From a virus, in the IMG/VR virus record IMGVR_UViG_3300006925_000008, positions 1 through 64,000 of that record: 64,000 nucleotides of DNA. One strand, given 5' to 3'. Below the pieces are notes generated by a model that made no database searches, was not told where the DNA came from, and worked only from the letters and a program-made list of their open reading frames with translations. Numbering within the stretch: the stretch's first letter is position 1; every line of letters begins with the position of its first letter. The translations under genes and the position numbers were made by a program. Positions 9,732 through 19,498 of the stretch are shown here, piece after piece.

Positions 9732-9872
9732 ATGCAAGACACTGTTTGGTGCGACGATTGCGACTGTCAAATGGTCAGCAAAGAGGAGATATTTGAATGT
9801 CCAGTATGCAAAGACTACATCAGTTGGGACGCATATTATGAACAAAAAGCCGCCCGTTGGGGGAGGATTTGA
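9732..9872 (+). CDS. 46-aa zinc-ribbon microprotein (not in ORF track)
   Basis: MQDTVWCDDCDCQMVSKEEIFECPVCKDYISW. No SD seen, consistent with a leaderless transcript. Confidence 0.7.
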   Translation: MQDTVWCDDCDCQMVSKEEIFECPVCKDYISWDAYYEQKAARWGRI

Positions 9873-9874
9873 AT

Positions 9875-10180
9875 ATGTCTGATTGGGACGGACTCGTCGC
9901 TGAACGCAAATATCGAATGGCTATTCAGCCATGGAACGAGGTCATTACCGAATTGAGGGTTGACCGAGGGATGTTGATCGGTAGTAGTCAATTCACCGAA
10001 GACATGACCGGAGTTGAAAGAGTCAACGCATTGACCGTCATTGATGCGGCTATCAAGACAGCAAATGGATGGATTGAGCATTACAGAAAAGACCGAGACA
10101 GAATACAGGGAGGTATTCTGAATGTATTCAAGACCAAGAAAATACAGTCCATGACCGATGAAGAATTAGGTGAGATATGA
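9875..10180 (+). CDS. Helical hypothetical protein
   Basis: GGGAGG RBS before ATG 9875. Confidence 0.6.
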   Translation: MSDWDGLVAERKYRMAIQPWNEVITELRVDRGMLIGSSQFTEDMTGVERVNALTVIDAAIKTANGWIEHYRKDRDRIQGGILNVFKTKKIQSMTDEELGEI

Positions 10181-10332
10181 TGGAGGCCGCTGAAAAGGTC
10201 AATGTCAAATGCCCTGATTGTAAAAACGACTACATGCTAAGAGATGGGGAGAAAATGGATATAATCAACCGCAAGGTAAAACCAGTAATCAAATGCCCTG
10301 TTTGTAGGAGGTGGATGTTTCATGATGCCTGA
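10177..10332 (+). CDS. 51-aa zinc-ribbon microprotein (not in ORF track)
   Basis: VKCPDC...IKCPVCRRW. AGGTGA RBS and ATGA coupling. Confidence 0.7.
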   Translation: MMEAAEKVNVKCPDCKNDYMLRDGEKMDIINRKVKPVIKCPVCRRWMFHDA

Positions 10333-10855
10333 ACCAACACAGCGAGACATTGAATGGGCTTATCGTCTATGGAATGGTTTGGCTCTCGGAGGCTCGTGGA
10401 CATTGCCAGCAGTAGGCGTATATGTCAGGACAGGTGAGACTCAACTGACGCTGGCTATAATGCACAGTAGTAAACCCGTTGACGATGCTTTTGGCTCATC
10501 TATATTTGACCGACATGATTGGATTGTTGGGCTAAGTGAATTGATTAACTGGAATGTCAATGAGGATATTCATGAAGCATTTGACAATCATGAAGATCAG
10601 ATTATTGTAAAGGATGAAGACATCGGCAATGTCGCATTATGTGACACGGGCTGTGGTGCTATTATCCGTATTGTTGCATTGAATGCAGGAGTCCAATATA
10701 TCCCAATTAGCATGGAGGGCCAATGCCCCCTATGCGGCGAGTTGGAGGCAATTCCTCACGATATGAGGGGCAAGCATGTAGTTGTTGATGATTCAGCGTA
10801 TCTGATGAAACAGCAAAAGGCTAGAGAAGCACCACCTGTCAATGAAGAGGAATGA
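10322..10855 (+). CDS. Hypothetical Zn-binding protein
   Basis: CDTGCG...CPLCG with GGAGGTGG RBS. Confidence 0.65.
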   Translation: MMPEPTQRDIEWAYRLWNGLALGGSWTLPAVGVYVRTGETQLTLAIMHSSKPVDDAFGSSIFDRHDWIVGLSELINWNVNEDIHEAFDNHEDQIIVKDEDIGNVALCDTGCGAIIRIVALNAGVQYIPISMEGQCPLCGELEAIPHDMRGKHVVVDDSAYLMKQQKAREAPPVNEEE

Positions 10856-11157
10856 ACATGACGAAGAAAACAGATTGGGGCCACCTTGAATCTAGGCTGA
10901 TAGGTAAAATCGAGGCTAGATGTCATATGGGGATGGAGTTGCACACTATGACTTCAAAGGGTTTCAATACACGCATTTTGAATATCAGACTTTTCCGAGT
11001 TGTCCCAAACTTTTCAGGACACACGGGCTATACGAAGCAGGGGGTCATGCTAACCAAAGATGAGGTTCGTGATTTACATTCTTATTTGACCGAGGCATTA
11101 GCAAATGACAGTCTTTGGGACGATCAAGAAACAAGCGGAGTTGTTCCTATTGAATGA
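10852..11157 (+). CDS. PC4/YdbC-like ssDNA-binding protein
   Basis: ILNIRLF...GYTKQGVMLTKDEVRDL matches the PC4-fold pattern. Confidence 0.6.
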   Translation: MNMTKKTDWGHLESRLIGKIEARCHMGMELHTMTSKGFNTRILNIRLFRVVPNFSGHTGYTKQGVMLTKDEVRDLHSYLTEALANDSLWDDQETSGVVPIE

Positions 11158-11548
11158 ACAATTTTACGACATTCACTTTGAAAAGGCCGAGCAAATATGC
11201 TCCGCATTAGACCTTCCTCAAGACATTGCCATACTATCATATGACTTATGGATGGCATTACTGATGAAGGTCCCTAGGACTCCTGTGAGGCTTCTATGCG
11301 ATTGCATCTATGTCGTAGCACATATGACCGGCAACAGGCGTTCTGTCAATTCTCTAGCGGATACCGCTAAATCAGTCACCGGCTTCAGGGTCAGGGTTAT
11401 GTCAAAGGACAAGAGGAGGGAGGGGACTAGGTGGGTCCAAACCACCGATTTACAACCTATTGTGTTGAGCGTTATACCTGACCAAGATGCACTTGATTTG
11501 TTGCTATCTGAATACCCCTCCCCTCCAACGGAGGAGGGAGCGGCTTGA
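11150..11548 (+). CDS. TFB/TFIIB-like single cyclin-fold protein
   Basis: EQICSALDLPQDIA...RTPVRLLCDCIYVVAHMTGNRRSVNSLAD resembles a TFB core repeat. TTG 11150 follows GGAG. Confidence 0.6.
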   Translation: MNEQFYDIHFEKAEQICSALDLPQDIAILSYDLWMALLMKVPRTPVRLLCDCIYVVAHMTGNRRSVNSLADTAKSVTGFRVRVMSKDKRREGTRWVQTTDLQPIVLSVIPDQDALDLLLSEYPSPPTEEGAA

Positions 11549-13005
11549 ATACATATTCGGATTTACCTTTCAGGTCTCTTGCTGAATGCACTAGACTAAT
11601 GGGTTCATTGAAACCTGAACGCCTGATAGCAAACTGTTTGAATGCGAACAAATCAAATCAATACGCTATTGTTTACTACTTCTATTCTCCTTCTAGCGAT
11701 ACTCGGTTGTCTGATGAAGACTTCAGGGAGATATTCTTTCATCTGACCGATGCACATGCTGATGAGGTCGATGATGACCCTGACCCTATACACTTGTTAT
11801 CTCAATTGTCAGAAGCACATAGCACTACTATGAATGCGGGCCGTGCAATTAGCATTTTGAAAATGGTCCTGACAGCGAGTGATAATGAGTTAAGAGCCGA
11901 ATACATGAGGCCATTGTTTCAAAGGATTGACTCAAGAGACTTACATTCACTGATCATGAGAATGAGTATCAGAACGGGGGTTGCTAGAAGGAGACATATC
12001 ATCGCCGCACTAGCGTGGGCCAATGGAGAGTTGTATTACCAAATCAAAAGAGCATCATACTTAGTGGGTATGGAGAGGACATGTTTTGTATTATCGCAGG
12101 GCGAGGACCTGTATCCGCTCATACAGCCCAAAACAGGCATTGGCATCATAATCCCATCCCCCACCTATGTCGAGTCTCCAAATGATGTCAAGTTTACAGG
12201 CTGTTATATGGAGCATCCTGAAGGGGAGTGGATGAGCCTGCATGTAATGGAGGACACAATCAAATTGTTTGACTCATCAGGTTCCGAAGTTGACATGGAG
12301 GGCGGTTATGAGATATACAATACATTCCCCAATGGCATTTACCTCGTGGAGTATGCATCACATAGAGGTCGGCAACTGCTAGTGTGCGACATCCTCAATG
12401 ACAACAACCTCACCTATGCAAACAGAAGAAAATCGTTGGAAGATACATTACCTAAATGGGCTTTGAAAAAGGTCAAGAAATTATCTGACCCAACAGATGC
12501 AAGCCAGCATATATCGAAAGACAAAGCCGTTATACTGTGGAATGCTGATGGAGTAAACACTTATGAAAATACACATTATGAGATGGTTGTAATGTCAGCA
12601 AAGGTCAAGAAAAAGCCTATTTTCAGGGTGGTGAGTGGCAAATGGGTCGAATCTATTCACGAGTCTCACGCACCATTGGTGGGTAAATGGAGAGTAGCGG
12701 CTAGAGATGGCAACTCGTATTATCCAGTTGGATTGATCGAAGCGGAACCCGATATAACCAAGAAACTGAAACAGATGAACCCGTCATCGGCAAAATTGTT
12801 GAATGATGAGTTTACATTAGCCACCCCTATCTTTGTTGAAGCCGAGGTAAATGCCGCAGGCTGGGGTGACTATGGTCCATACATACACGGGCGGATAATT
12901 TCAATTGTCCATTCCGCTGGCAAGAAAGACTGTGTAGGGATTGAAGAGATAGAGATGCTTTGTGGGATGGATGAAGATGGGACAGAAGAACAACAGATTG
13001 GATGA
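11545..13005 (+). CDS. ATP-dependent DNA ligase-like protein, apparently inactive
   Basis: Ligase-like order of domains: helical DBD (MSIRTGV...IIAALA), then adenylation-like (EHPEGEWMSLH...KLFDSSG, VCDIL...TYANRRKSL), then OB-like. KxDGxR is degenerate. Confidence 0.65.
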   Translation: MNTYSDLPFRSLAECTRLMGSLKPERLIANCLNANKSNQYAIVYYFYSPSSDTRLSDEDFREIFFHLTDAHADEVDDDPDPIHLLSQLSEAHSTTMNAGRAISILKMVLTASDNELRAEYMRPLFQRIDSRDLHSLIMRMSIRTGVARRRHIIAALAWANGELYYQIKRASYLVGMERTCFVLSQGEDLYPLIQPKTGIGIIIPSPTYVESPNDVKFTGCYMEHPEGEWMSLHVMEDTIKLFDSSGSEVDMEGGYEIYNTFPNGIYLVEYASHRGRQLLVCDILNDNNLTYANRRKSLEDTLPKWALKKVKKLSDPTDASQHISKDKAVILWNADGVNTYENTHYEMVVMSAKVKKKPIFRVVSGKWVESIHESHAPLVGKWRVAARDGNSYYPVGLIEAEPDITKKLKQMNPSSAKLLNDEFTLATPIFVEAEVNAAGWGDYGPYIHGRIISIVHSAGKKDCVGIEEIEMLCGMDEDGTEEQQIG

Positions 13006-13168
13006 GGTATTTGCTATCGATAATTGGCTAATACGGTGGATGTGGATAATATGGCTTTTGACAATATCAATACTCACGATAATAGCATTGACTCCAATAT
13101 GGTTAGTCATCAAACTGATGGACTTAGCGGATTGGGCATGGATGCGGATATTTCACCGTCACCATTGA
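12977..13168 (+). CDS. Small membrane protein
   Basis: Hydrophobic stretch WMWIIWLLTISILTIIALTPIWLVI. Stop overlaps TTG 13165. Confidence 0.5.
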   Translation: MGQKNNRLDEVFAIDNWLIRWMWIIWLLTISILTIIALTPIWLVIKLMDLADWAWMRIFHRHH

Positions 13169-13533
13169 GTTATGAGGATTTGACTAGAATCCTATTGGTA
13201 TCAACGATGAGGCCATCAATCACCTGTCAAAAAACAACTTCAAGAGCATGTGGATATATCATTAGGCCTGAAATTAGATTCCCTAGATTTACAGGGAGGG
13301 TGGCTCAATACTTGGAGTCGTTAGGCCTAATCCCTCGTGAGTTATATGCCAAGCCTGAAGAGATAAATAGAATACTTTCGATCACTAGAGGGATGGATGA
13401 GTTTGTCCCAAACCATGAGGGCCTTATGCTTGTCCGTGCATTGAATGGACGGCTCAAACAGCCTAAGAACCACCAAGAAGTTTTAGAGGCTTTACAGATG
13501 ATTGAGGACGCTAGATTGAGTGAGCCTTCATAA
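13165..13533 (+). CDS. LAGLIDADG-fold-like DNA-binding protein (no catalytic motif)
   Basis: Helix followed by SITCQK...GYIIRPEIRF beta-hairpin pattern. TTGA coupling. Confidence 0.4.
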   Translation: MSYEDLTRILLVSTMRPSITCQKTTSRACGYIIRPEIRFPRFTGRVAQYLESLGLIPRELYAKPEEINRILSITRGMDEFVPNHEGLMLVRALNGRLKQPKNHQEVLEALQMIEDARLSEPS

Positions 13534-13534
13534 G
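13521..13534 (+). promoter_or_regulatory. Promoter motif TGAGCC-TTCATAAG upstream of the SSB/recombination operon
   Basis: Fourth copy of TGAGCCTT at a gene boundary. Confidence 0.6.
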
Positions 13535-13585
13535 AGAGATGTTGATAGGACATATCCCGCAGAAGCGTAAAATGAGTTGAAGATT

Positions 13586-14908
13586 ATGATGAATGAGACA
13601 CTAAAGAGAATAGGAACAAGCAAAGGATGGTCCGACGAAGAAACAACTAGCAAGTTTGCTGTGTTTGTTCAAGAGTCCTTCCCCGAAGTATGGACACAGA
13701 ACGGAAATAAATTGGACGGCCTAGATGCCGATGATTTGGACTTCTTTTCAGCATCCTTCGATGTCAGCATGAACCGTCGCACTGGCGGCGGCGGCGGCAA
13801 AGGCGAAGAATGGGTTGGCATGATTGTAGCATACAATGGCCGACGAGACACTATGGAGCGACAGCGAACACTTGCTGTTGACAGTGCTGAAGGAAACCTT
13901 GCACAGGCATTGCGTTACGGAATGCAGTATAACGGCAACCCTGTCGGTATTGGCCGTGCATATCTGAATGATGGCGGAGACTGGGTTCTAGTCGATGCTG
14001 ATGACAAACAGGTCCATTCTGAAAAGGCTTCAGACAAACCTCCTCGCTGGGTCATCCCGATCAATGGCGGTCAAATGCACATTGCTATGATTGGCTCAAA
14101 GAACGGTGGCAAATATCCAAAGCCTGCATTCATGCCTAAGCGTGAATGGGTGTTCATTGGCAACAAGAAGGACCTATTCCTTTCAGATGGTCCATTGCCT
14201 CCTCGCACGCTTGAATGCTCCTTTGAATCGGCTGATTTGCACTTACAGATGCATCGCCCAATTCGTTTCAAGGCTGAAGAAGCCGAGGGTTGGCCTGACA
14301 AGACCAAGACTATCCTCCGCACTGGCAACATGACGGCATCATACGACCTAGAATGGGTCCCTGATGCTCAACTGGACAAAGCCACTGCCATCTTCAAGCC
14401 TGACCAATTCATGGCTCAATTCATGGATGTTGTTGATTTGAATGACCTGTGGGAATACCACGATGCAAATGCAACTACTTCTCCAAATGGTAAAACATAT
14501 GGTCCAACCTTCGCCATTTCAGGCGTTGTCGATTACATTGATTATGACGGCAAAGAAGCACCATCCTTCATCGAAGGCGGCTTCAAGCATTCTCTCACTA
14601 TCAGCAGTAACAGTCTCCGCCGAGATAACCCTGATGCCAGCCTTTGGGTCGAATTGACTCGCTACTTGGTTGACAACCATCAGGCTTTGAAGGTTCTGAA
14701 GCAGGACGGCTGGAAGCCTTATGCCCGTGGTTCAAGAGTTTGGATTGTTGTTCGATCACGAACATGGGATGCAACCGATGGCTCTCGCAACATGTCTCTT
14801 GATGGCCTTAGCACCTATGCTATGCCAATGCGTTCAATCGTCGCTCAAGAGCCTGACGCTCAATCAAGTGACCTAACTGGTCTCAACGACTTCAGCGGTG
14901 GTGCTTGA
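13586..14908 (+). CDS. Putative ssDNA-binding protein (RPA/OB-fold-like)
   Basis: Beta-rich with OB-like segments (AISGVVDYID, RGSRVWIVVRSR) and an acidic tail. Lies before the recombinase and nuclease genes. Confidence 0.5.
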   Translation: MMNETLKRIGTSKGWSDEETTSKFAVFVQESFPEVWTQNGNKLDGLDADDLDFFSASFDVSMNRRTGGGGGKGEEWVGMIVAYNGRRDTMERQRTLAVDSAEGNLAQALRYGMQYNGNPVGIGRAYLNDGGDWVLVDADDKQVHSEKASDKPPRWVIPINGGQMHIAMIGSKNGGKYPKPAFMPKREWVFIGNKKDLFLSDGPLPPRTLECSFESADLHLQMHRPIRFKAEEAEGWPDKTKTILRTGNMTASYDLEWVPDAQLDKATAIFKPDQFMAQFMDVVDLNDLWEYHDANATTSPNGKTYGPTFAISGVVDYIDYDGKEAPSFIEGGFKHSLTISSNSLRRDNPDASLWVELTRYLVDNHQALKVLKQDGWKPYARGSRVWIVVRSRTWDATDGSRNMSLDGLSTYAMPMRSIVAQEPDAQSSDLTGLNDFSGGA

Positions 14909-15241
14909 ATGGGCTGGTGGCCTTTGGACCTCAAGACTGGGGGTATTGCTTTTGGGGCTGAAGGTCTCAAAGAAGGACTCATGTGGGGCGACTCCGTTGC
15001 CGACATTGTTGATGCGGAGTTGACTTCGTTCCTTCACCAAGTCATCAAGCAAACTAGCGCAGTGTTCACCGCCGAAGTTGGCAGGGAACCAATGCCTATT
15101 GAGATTCTATGCGGTTTGGCATTCAGCCTAAACGCCTGCGAGACTCACGAGCCATTGAACAGTCTATTTCCTGAAGGCATTAAATCAGCACATACGCTGA
15201 AGGTTGAAGTCGGACGGGTTGATCAGGAGGACTTAGAATGA
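14909..15241 (+). CDS. Hypothetical protein
   Basis: Coupled ORF with MGWW...WGDSVAD motif. Confidence 0.6.
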   Translation: MGWWPLDLKTGGIAFGAEGLKEGLMWGDSVADIVDAELTSFLHQVIKQTSAVFTAEVGREPMPIEILCGLAFSLNACETHEPLNSLFPEGIKSAHTLKVEVGRVDQEDLE

Positions 15242-16431
15242 GCGGAACAGGATTTTTTGACAGCGTTGCATTGGTGGACACCACGAAGGACCCATCTGAA
15301 ATGAAGAAGGTCCCGGTGCAGGAATTGCCATCGACTTCAACAGTTGCGGCCCCATCAAAGGTTATGAACCCAAACCCCCCTTCTGAACCAATCGACTACA
15401 CCAGCCCAAATCCCCCAATCGATTCGCTCATTGAAGAGGTCGTGGCGGAGATGCCAATTCAGGCGGCTCACAGTAGCCAACTGACTAACTGGGACTCACC
15501 GGGGGCTTTCATTGTCAAAGACGCTAGACTATTGGCTCAATATACGCCAACATGCGTTTTAGCCATGATTGCAGGTCCTGCAAAGAGCGGTAAGACGGGA
15601 ATGGTGCTAGATAGCCTCACGCCTGAAGAAGTGGCCAATGGTGCTGAAATATGGCATGTTGATTTTGACTTGGGTGGAGACACCACTAAGGCGGCTCACC
15701 ATTCTGATAAGAAGGACAACATTGTCGTTATCTCTCCGTGGGTCATGGTTCAGAATCAAAGCCGTGTCCCTTATGACTTTCAAGCAACATATCAGCGTGT
15801 GCTGGACATTCTAAACCACGCTCATGAAGTTGCCAAGGAACAGGCTAAGTATTTCATGGAGCATGGGTCAATGCCAAAACCGTATCTGAAGACTCTAGTA
15901 TTCGACGGTGCTGATCAATGGCTGAACATCTGTGGGACCTTGATGAAGGTGTATGACCTTGAATTAGGTCGTGATGGCATTGCCACTACTGGTCAAAAGA
16001 CCACCACCAAAATTGGCCGTTTCAACTGGGAGATTCGTAAGAACAGATACAGGGCGGCTTTGCCTCATGGGATGCAGGAGACCGCTCGTTTGGGCGTTCA
16101 CTGCTATGTGATTACTCACATGAAACCATCCTATGACAGCAATGGCAACGAGATTCTTGGGTCTGATGTCCCTGACATCCTCCCTCGTAGCGAGGGAGAC
16201 TTTCAACAGTTGATTCATGTCAAGGTGTTGCAGGAACGCAATGAGAAGGGCGAGTTGACAGGCAGTAGCAGGTCGCAAGCAACAGTCGTTGAGAACCGCA
16301 CCAGTTTGAAGTGTGGACAGCCAATCGTGCTATTCGTCCGTAATGCCGAAAACCCACAGTGGTATGGCTGGCCGGGGCTTAGGGATGGTTCATTCGATCA
16401 TGGGACCGATTTGATTGGTTATCCTGAATGA
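15238..16431 (+). CDS. RecA-superfamily ATPase (Sak4/RadA/AAA_24-like)
   Basis: Walker A GPAKSGKT, VDFDLG, Walker B LVFDGAD, YVITH. Confidence 0.8.
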   Translation: MSGTGFFDSVALVDTTKDPSEMKKVPVQELPSTSTVAAPSKVMNPNPPSEPIDYTSPNPPIDSLIEEVVAEMPIQAAHSSQLTNWDSPGAFIVKDARLLAQYTPTCVLAMIAGPAKSGKTGMVLDSLTPEEVANGAEIWHVDFDLGGDTTKAAHHSDKKDNIVVISPWVMVQNQSRVPYDFQATYQRVLDILNHAHEVAKEQAKYFMEHGSMPKPYLKTLVFDGADQWLNICGTLMKVYDLELGRDGIATTGQKTTTKIGRFNWEIRKNRYRAALPHGMQETARLGVHCYVITHMKPSYDSNGNEILGSDVPDILPRSEGDFQQLIHVKVLQERNEKGELTGSSRSQATVVENRTSLKCGQPIVLFVRNAENPQWYGWPGLRDGSFDHGTDLIGYPE

Positions 16432-16441
16432 GGTGTTTGAT

Positions 16442-16717
16442 ATGAGTGAGAAACACGATGACTGGAAAACAGGCAATGGACGCACATGGTATTTTGATGA
16501 TGCCTTGAATACGAAAGTTACGCTTAACAGCCCTATTGCATTCCTTGCATATCAGGCACAGCAATTCAGAAAGTTGTATCACATGACGAAGCATATTGTC
16601 GATTACAGTGGAGCCGTCGAGGAATTAAGCCTCAATGACATTGAAACTGCAAAGAAGGCGGTGGTCAATCTATTCGTTGACCAAGACATCGATGATGCAC
16701 CGGATGATGAATCATGA
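16442..16717 (+). CDS. Hypothetical protein
   Basis: GAGGTG RBS before ATG 16442. Confidence 0.6.
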   Translation: MSEKHDDWKTGNGRTWYFDDALNTKVTLNSPIAFLAYQAQQFRKLYHMTKHIVDYSGAVEELSLNDIETAKKAVVNLFVDQDIDDAPDDES

Positions 16718-16938
16718 AGCAGGAGTGGCAGTGGATGACAACTCTAAATATCAAGGACGCTGGTGTTGCCGAAGCCTCTAGGACCATGTGTTGGTTCTGT
16801 GGTGGTAAAATGATTTGGCAATGCGATAATGACTTGGATGAAGTTTTCATGACTGAAGATGAAGGGATCGTCGCCACGCTAGTATGCGACTCCTGCAATG
16901 CCACAGCGCAATACATACAGAAGGAGGAGTCCGAATGA
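16714..16938 (+). CDS. Zinc-ribbon protein
   Basis: CWFCGGKMIW...LVCDSC. Confidence 0.7.
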   Translation: MKQEWQWMTTLNIKDAGVAEASRTMCWFCGGKMIWQCDNDLDEVFMTEDEGIVATLVCDSCNATAQYIQKEESE

Positions 16939-17978
16939 GCATTGAGCCATCCGCATCAGGAATCAAAGGAGTCAAGCCTCCGGGTATATACCCCATAGAA
17001 GGTCGAGATGGCTTGTATTCAGGATACGGCTATCACCCTGTTGATGGAGCATCCCCTGACTTTCTATTGAGGGTCAGTAAGTCATCATTGAATACATTTC
17101 AATTCTGCGAACAGCAGTATTTTATCAAATACATGCTTGGTGTTAAGGAGATGCAAAATGATAACATGTTGAGGGGGACAAATGTCCACGATGCCCTAGA
17201 GGACTTCTATGACGCTATTGACCTCGACCATGCTCAAGCCCTGAAAGAGGAGGGGGACATCAATGCCGTTTATCGATACTTTACTGGGTTCATTCCGAAT
17301 GTGAGTAAAGAGAAGGAATACAAAGGGGAGGTAAGCCCCTCAATGCCATTCACCCTAGGCGAGGAGGACCACCTCGACAGGTTAATGCAAATTGAAGCAG
17401 GCCGCTTTATGTCATCAGACCTAGAAAACTTCCTCCCCGTGATCAACGAGGACACACTAGATGCAATCATCGATTTGAATGTCGATGGTAAGACAATTTT
17501 AGTCCATTTGACGGGTATTGTCGATAGGGCGTTTGCTGATGGTGCTGGCAACCTGCATATTCACGAATTAAAGACTGGCCTGTGGAAGCACAGCGACGGC
17601 AAATTAGATTCAATGCGGAAGGAGATGGCATTCTATGTCTATTTGCTCCGCAAGTCCAAGGGACACCCTCTTAGCGGCACTACCGCCACCTATTGGGGCT
17701 GGGACCATACGAAGGGAGATACAGAAGGAAAAGAGTTGTATCGCTTTGTTGAGAATGTCCGTTCAGATTCAATTCAAGATGTGATAAGAGACCTGAAATC
17801 ATTGGTCCGAATGCACTTGAGATATACTGGGAACAACAATGGATGGATGTTTCCTCAAAAACCAAATGGCTGGGCCACTATGAAACTGTGCGAGCCTTGG
17901 TGCGCTGTCAAGGGCTTTTGCCCCAAATATGGGAGGGTATTGATGCCCCATGACATGAAGAAGGAGATAGAAATATGA
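16935..17978 (+). CDS. Cas4/RecB-like PD-(D/E)xK exonuclease with Fe-S cysteines
   Basis: SKSSLNTFQFCEQQY, RGTNVH, GIVDR...HELKTG, C-EPWC-----CP. GGAGGAG RBS. Confidence 0.85.
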   Translation: MSIEPSASGIKGVKPPGIYPIEGRDGLYSGYGYHPVDGASPDFLLRVSKSSLNTFQFCEQQYFIKYMLGVKEMQNDNMLRGTNVHDALEDFYDAIDLDHAQALKEEGDINAVYRYFTGFIPNVSKEKEYKGEVSPSMPFTLGEEDHLDRLMQIEAGRFMSSDLENFLPVINEDTLDAIIDLNVDGKTILVHLTGIVDRAFADGAGNLHIHELKTGLWKHSDGKLDSMRKEMAFYVYLLRKSKGHPLSGTTATYWGWDHTKGDTEGKELYRFVENVRSDSIQDVIRDLKSLVRMHLRYTGNNNGWMFPQKPNGWATMKLCEPWCAVKGFCPKYGRVLMPHDMKKEIEI

Positions 17979-18391
17979 CTGATGAAGACGAATGGAATGT
18001 ATGCTTGAAGAAAATACCGCATGAATATGCTGTGCTGATCAAAACCTTAGTGAAGGCTTCACCTTTACAGGATGTGTCGGCAATGAAACAGGAATTGCTT
18101 TTGAAAGCAAATACGATTATGTCCGAATTGAATGAAAGAGCAAACAAGACAAAAACATTCAAAATATCTGACTTTCAAAAGGTTGACCCTCCATACGGTG
18201 CTGGCGTGGATTTGGACAAGTATTTCAGACCAACGACACGCTCAAACGATTTCACCCCTAACAAGAACGCTCACAAAAAGAAGAAGGTCGAACCCAAAAC
18301 TAAGAAAGCACCTAAGAAGACAAGAAAGGTTCGCAAAGACAAAGGGGTCAAGCGTGGTCCTCAAAAGAATCGAAAGAAGTCAAAGAAGTGA
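17975..18391 (+). CDS. Protein with Lys/Arg-rich C-terminal tail (likely nucleic-acid binding)
   Basis: KKKKVEPKTKKAPKKTRKVRKDKGVKRGPQKNRKKSKK. Confidence 0.65.
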   Translation: MTDEDEWNVCLKKIPHEYAVLIKTLVKASPLQDVSAMKQELLLKANTIMSELNERANKTKTFKISDFQKVDPPYGAGVDLDKYFRPTTRSNDFTPNKNAHKKKKVEPKTKKAPKKTRKVRKDKGVKRGPQKNRKKSKK

Positions 18392-18397
18392 TCGTCA

Positions 18398-19498
18398 ATG
18401 GGTTCAATGTTCCGTCATTTCCCTCGTGAGGTCTGTATGAGGACTCGCAGGGTTGTAAAGAATGAGGAACAGTTACAGAAGTATGTCCTAGCCACCAATG
18501 GCAAAGACAACATAACCACCACCGTATATGGGTTCAGGGAGTTGAAGCCGAAAGGCAACCGTGGCGAGTATAATACCGCCATTGTCCCCCACTTCGTAGT
18601 TGACTTAGACAAAGACAGACTTCAGGGTATGAGCGATGCTGAAGCAGGACAGCGATGTTCTGAAGAGGCATGGCGGTTATCAGCGCACCTATTGGAAAAT
18701 GGATGGAGACATGCAGTATGGTTCACTGGCGGTGGTTTTCACATATGGGTCAACCTTGATCAGGAGTATGTCTTAGAACCTATGGAGTTGAATGACCTGC
18801 TTGTATCAGGCAGGGCGTTAATCTCAAAATGGGTCAAAGACATGGACTTACAAACACTTGACCCAGTTGTATCGTTTAGGCCTGACCGTCATATACGGAT
18901 ACCAAACTCATTCAATTTCAAACGAAACATATGGTCGATTCCCTTGTATTTAGGGGGCATCTCCGAGGGTTGGGACCATATTGTCCAAAGAGCCAAAGAA
19001 CCATCAAACATCAGCATGTGCTTAATGGGCGACAAGGGTATGCCCTTAGAAGTAATCAAGCGAGACCCAAATAATCCATTCGGCCCTCAAGGAGGAGGCT
19101 TTGCGAAGCAGGAGTTTAATGCTGAAGAGGTCGAAATAGAGATGAAGCGTATTGGGAATATCCCTATGTTGCCCTGTCTCGCTGAAGCCACATGTGAAAC
19201 TGGTGCAAATCCTCCGCACCTGCCGAGGGTGTATCTGATGATGTATCTGTTGGATTACTTCAACCGATTCGCACGACCCCCATCTAACTCAAAAATATCT
19301 ATCGATGATCGTGTCAATCAGGCACACGCATTCATCGCTCAATTGAAATGGGCTGATTACAAGCCTGATGTAACTCACAAGTATCTCAAGCACGGGGCGG
19401 AAAGGCAATACCAAACACCGACCTGCCCCACATTATATCGTGAAGGATTATGCGTGGGTAAATGTCCATTTTATGATGGCAAAGGAGTTGGAAATTAG
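18398..19498 (+). CDS. Archaeo-eukaryotic primase, PriS catalytic domain fused to PriL-type Fe-S domain
   Basis: VVDLD (DxD), FTGGGFHIW, RHIRIPNS. C-terminal LPCL...YQTPTC...LCVGKC. Confidence 0.85.
   Translation: MGSMFRHFPREVCMRTRRVVKNEEQLQKYVLATNGKDNITTTVYGFRELKPKGNRGEYNTAIVPHFVVDLDKDRLQGMSDAEAGQRCSEEAWRLSAHLLENGWRHAVWFTGGGFHIWVNLDQEYVLEPMELNDLLVSGRALISKWVKDMDLQTLDPVVSFRPDRHIRIPNSFNFKRNIWSIPLYLGGISEGWDHIVQRAKEPSNISMCLMGDKGMPLEVIKRDPNNPFGPQGGGFAKQEFNAEEVEIEMKRIGNIPMLPCLAEATCETGANPPHLPRVYLMMYLLDYFNRFARPPSNSKISIDDRVNQAHAFIAQLKWADYKPDVTHKYLKHGAERQYQTPTCPTLYREGLCVGKCPFYDGKGVGN

Noticed and set aside
13024-13164. N-terminal 47 aa of ORF 13024..13533
   Set aside because: It overlaps the membrane-protein ORF. 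TTG 13165 coupled to that stop is the more plausible start.
16935-17978. CRISPR-Cas system (Cas4)
   Set aside because: No repeat-spacer array or other cas genes seen. Solo Cas4-like nucleases are common in archaeal viruses.
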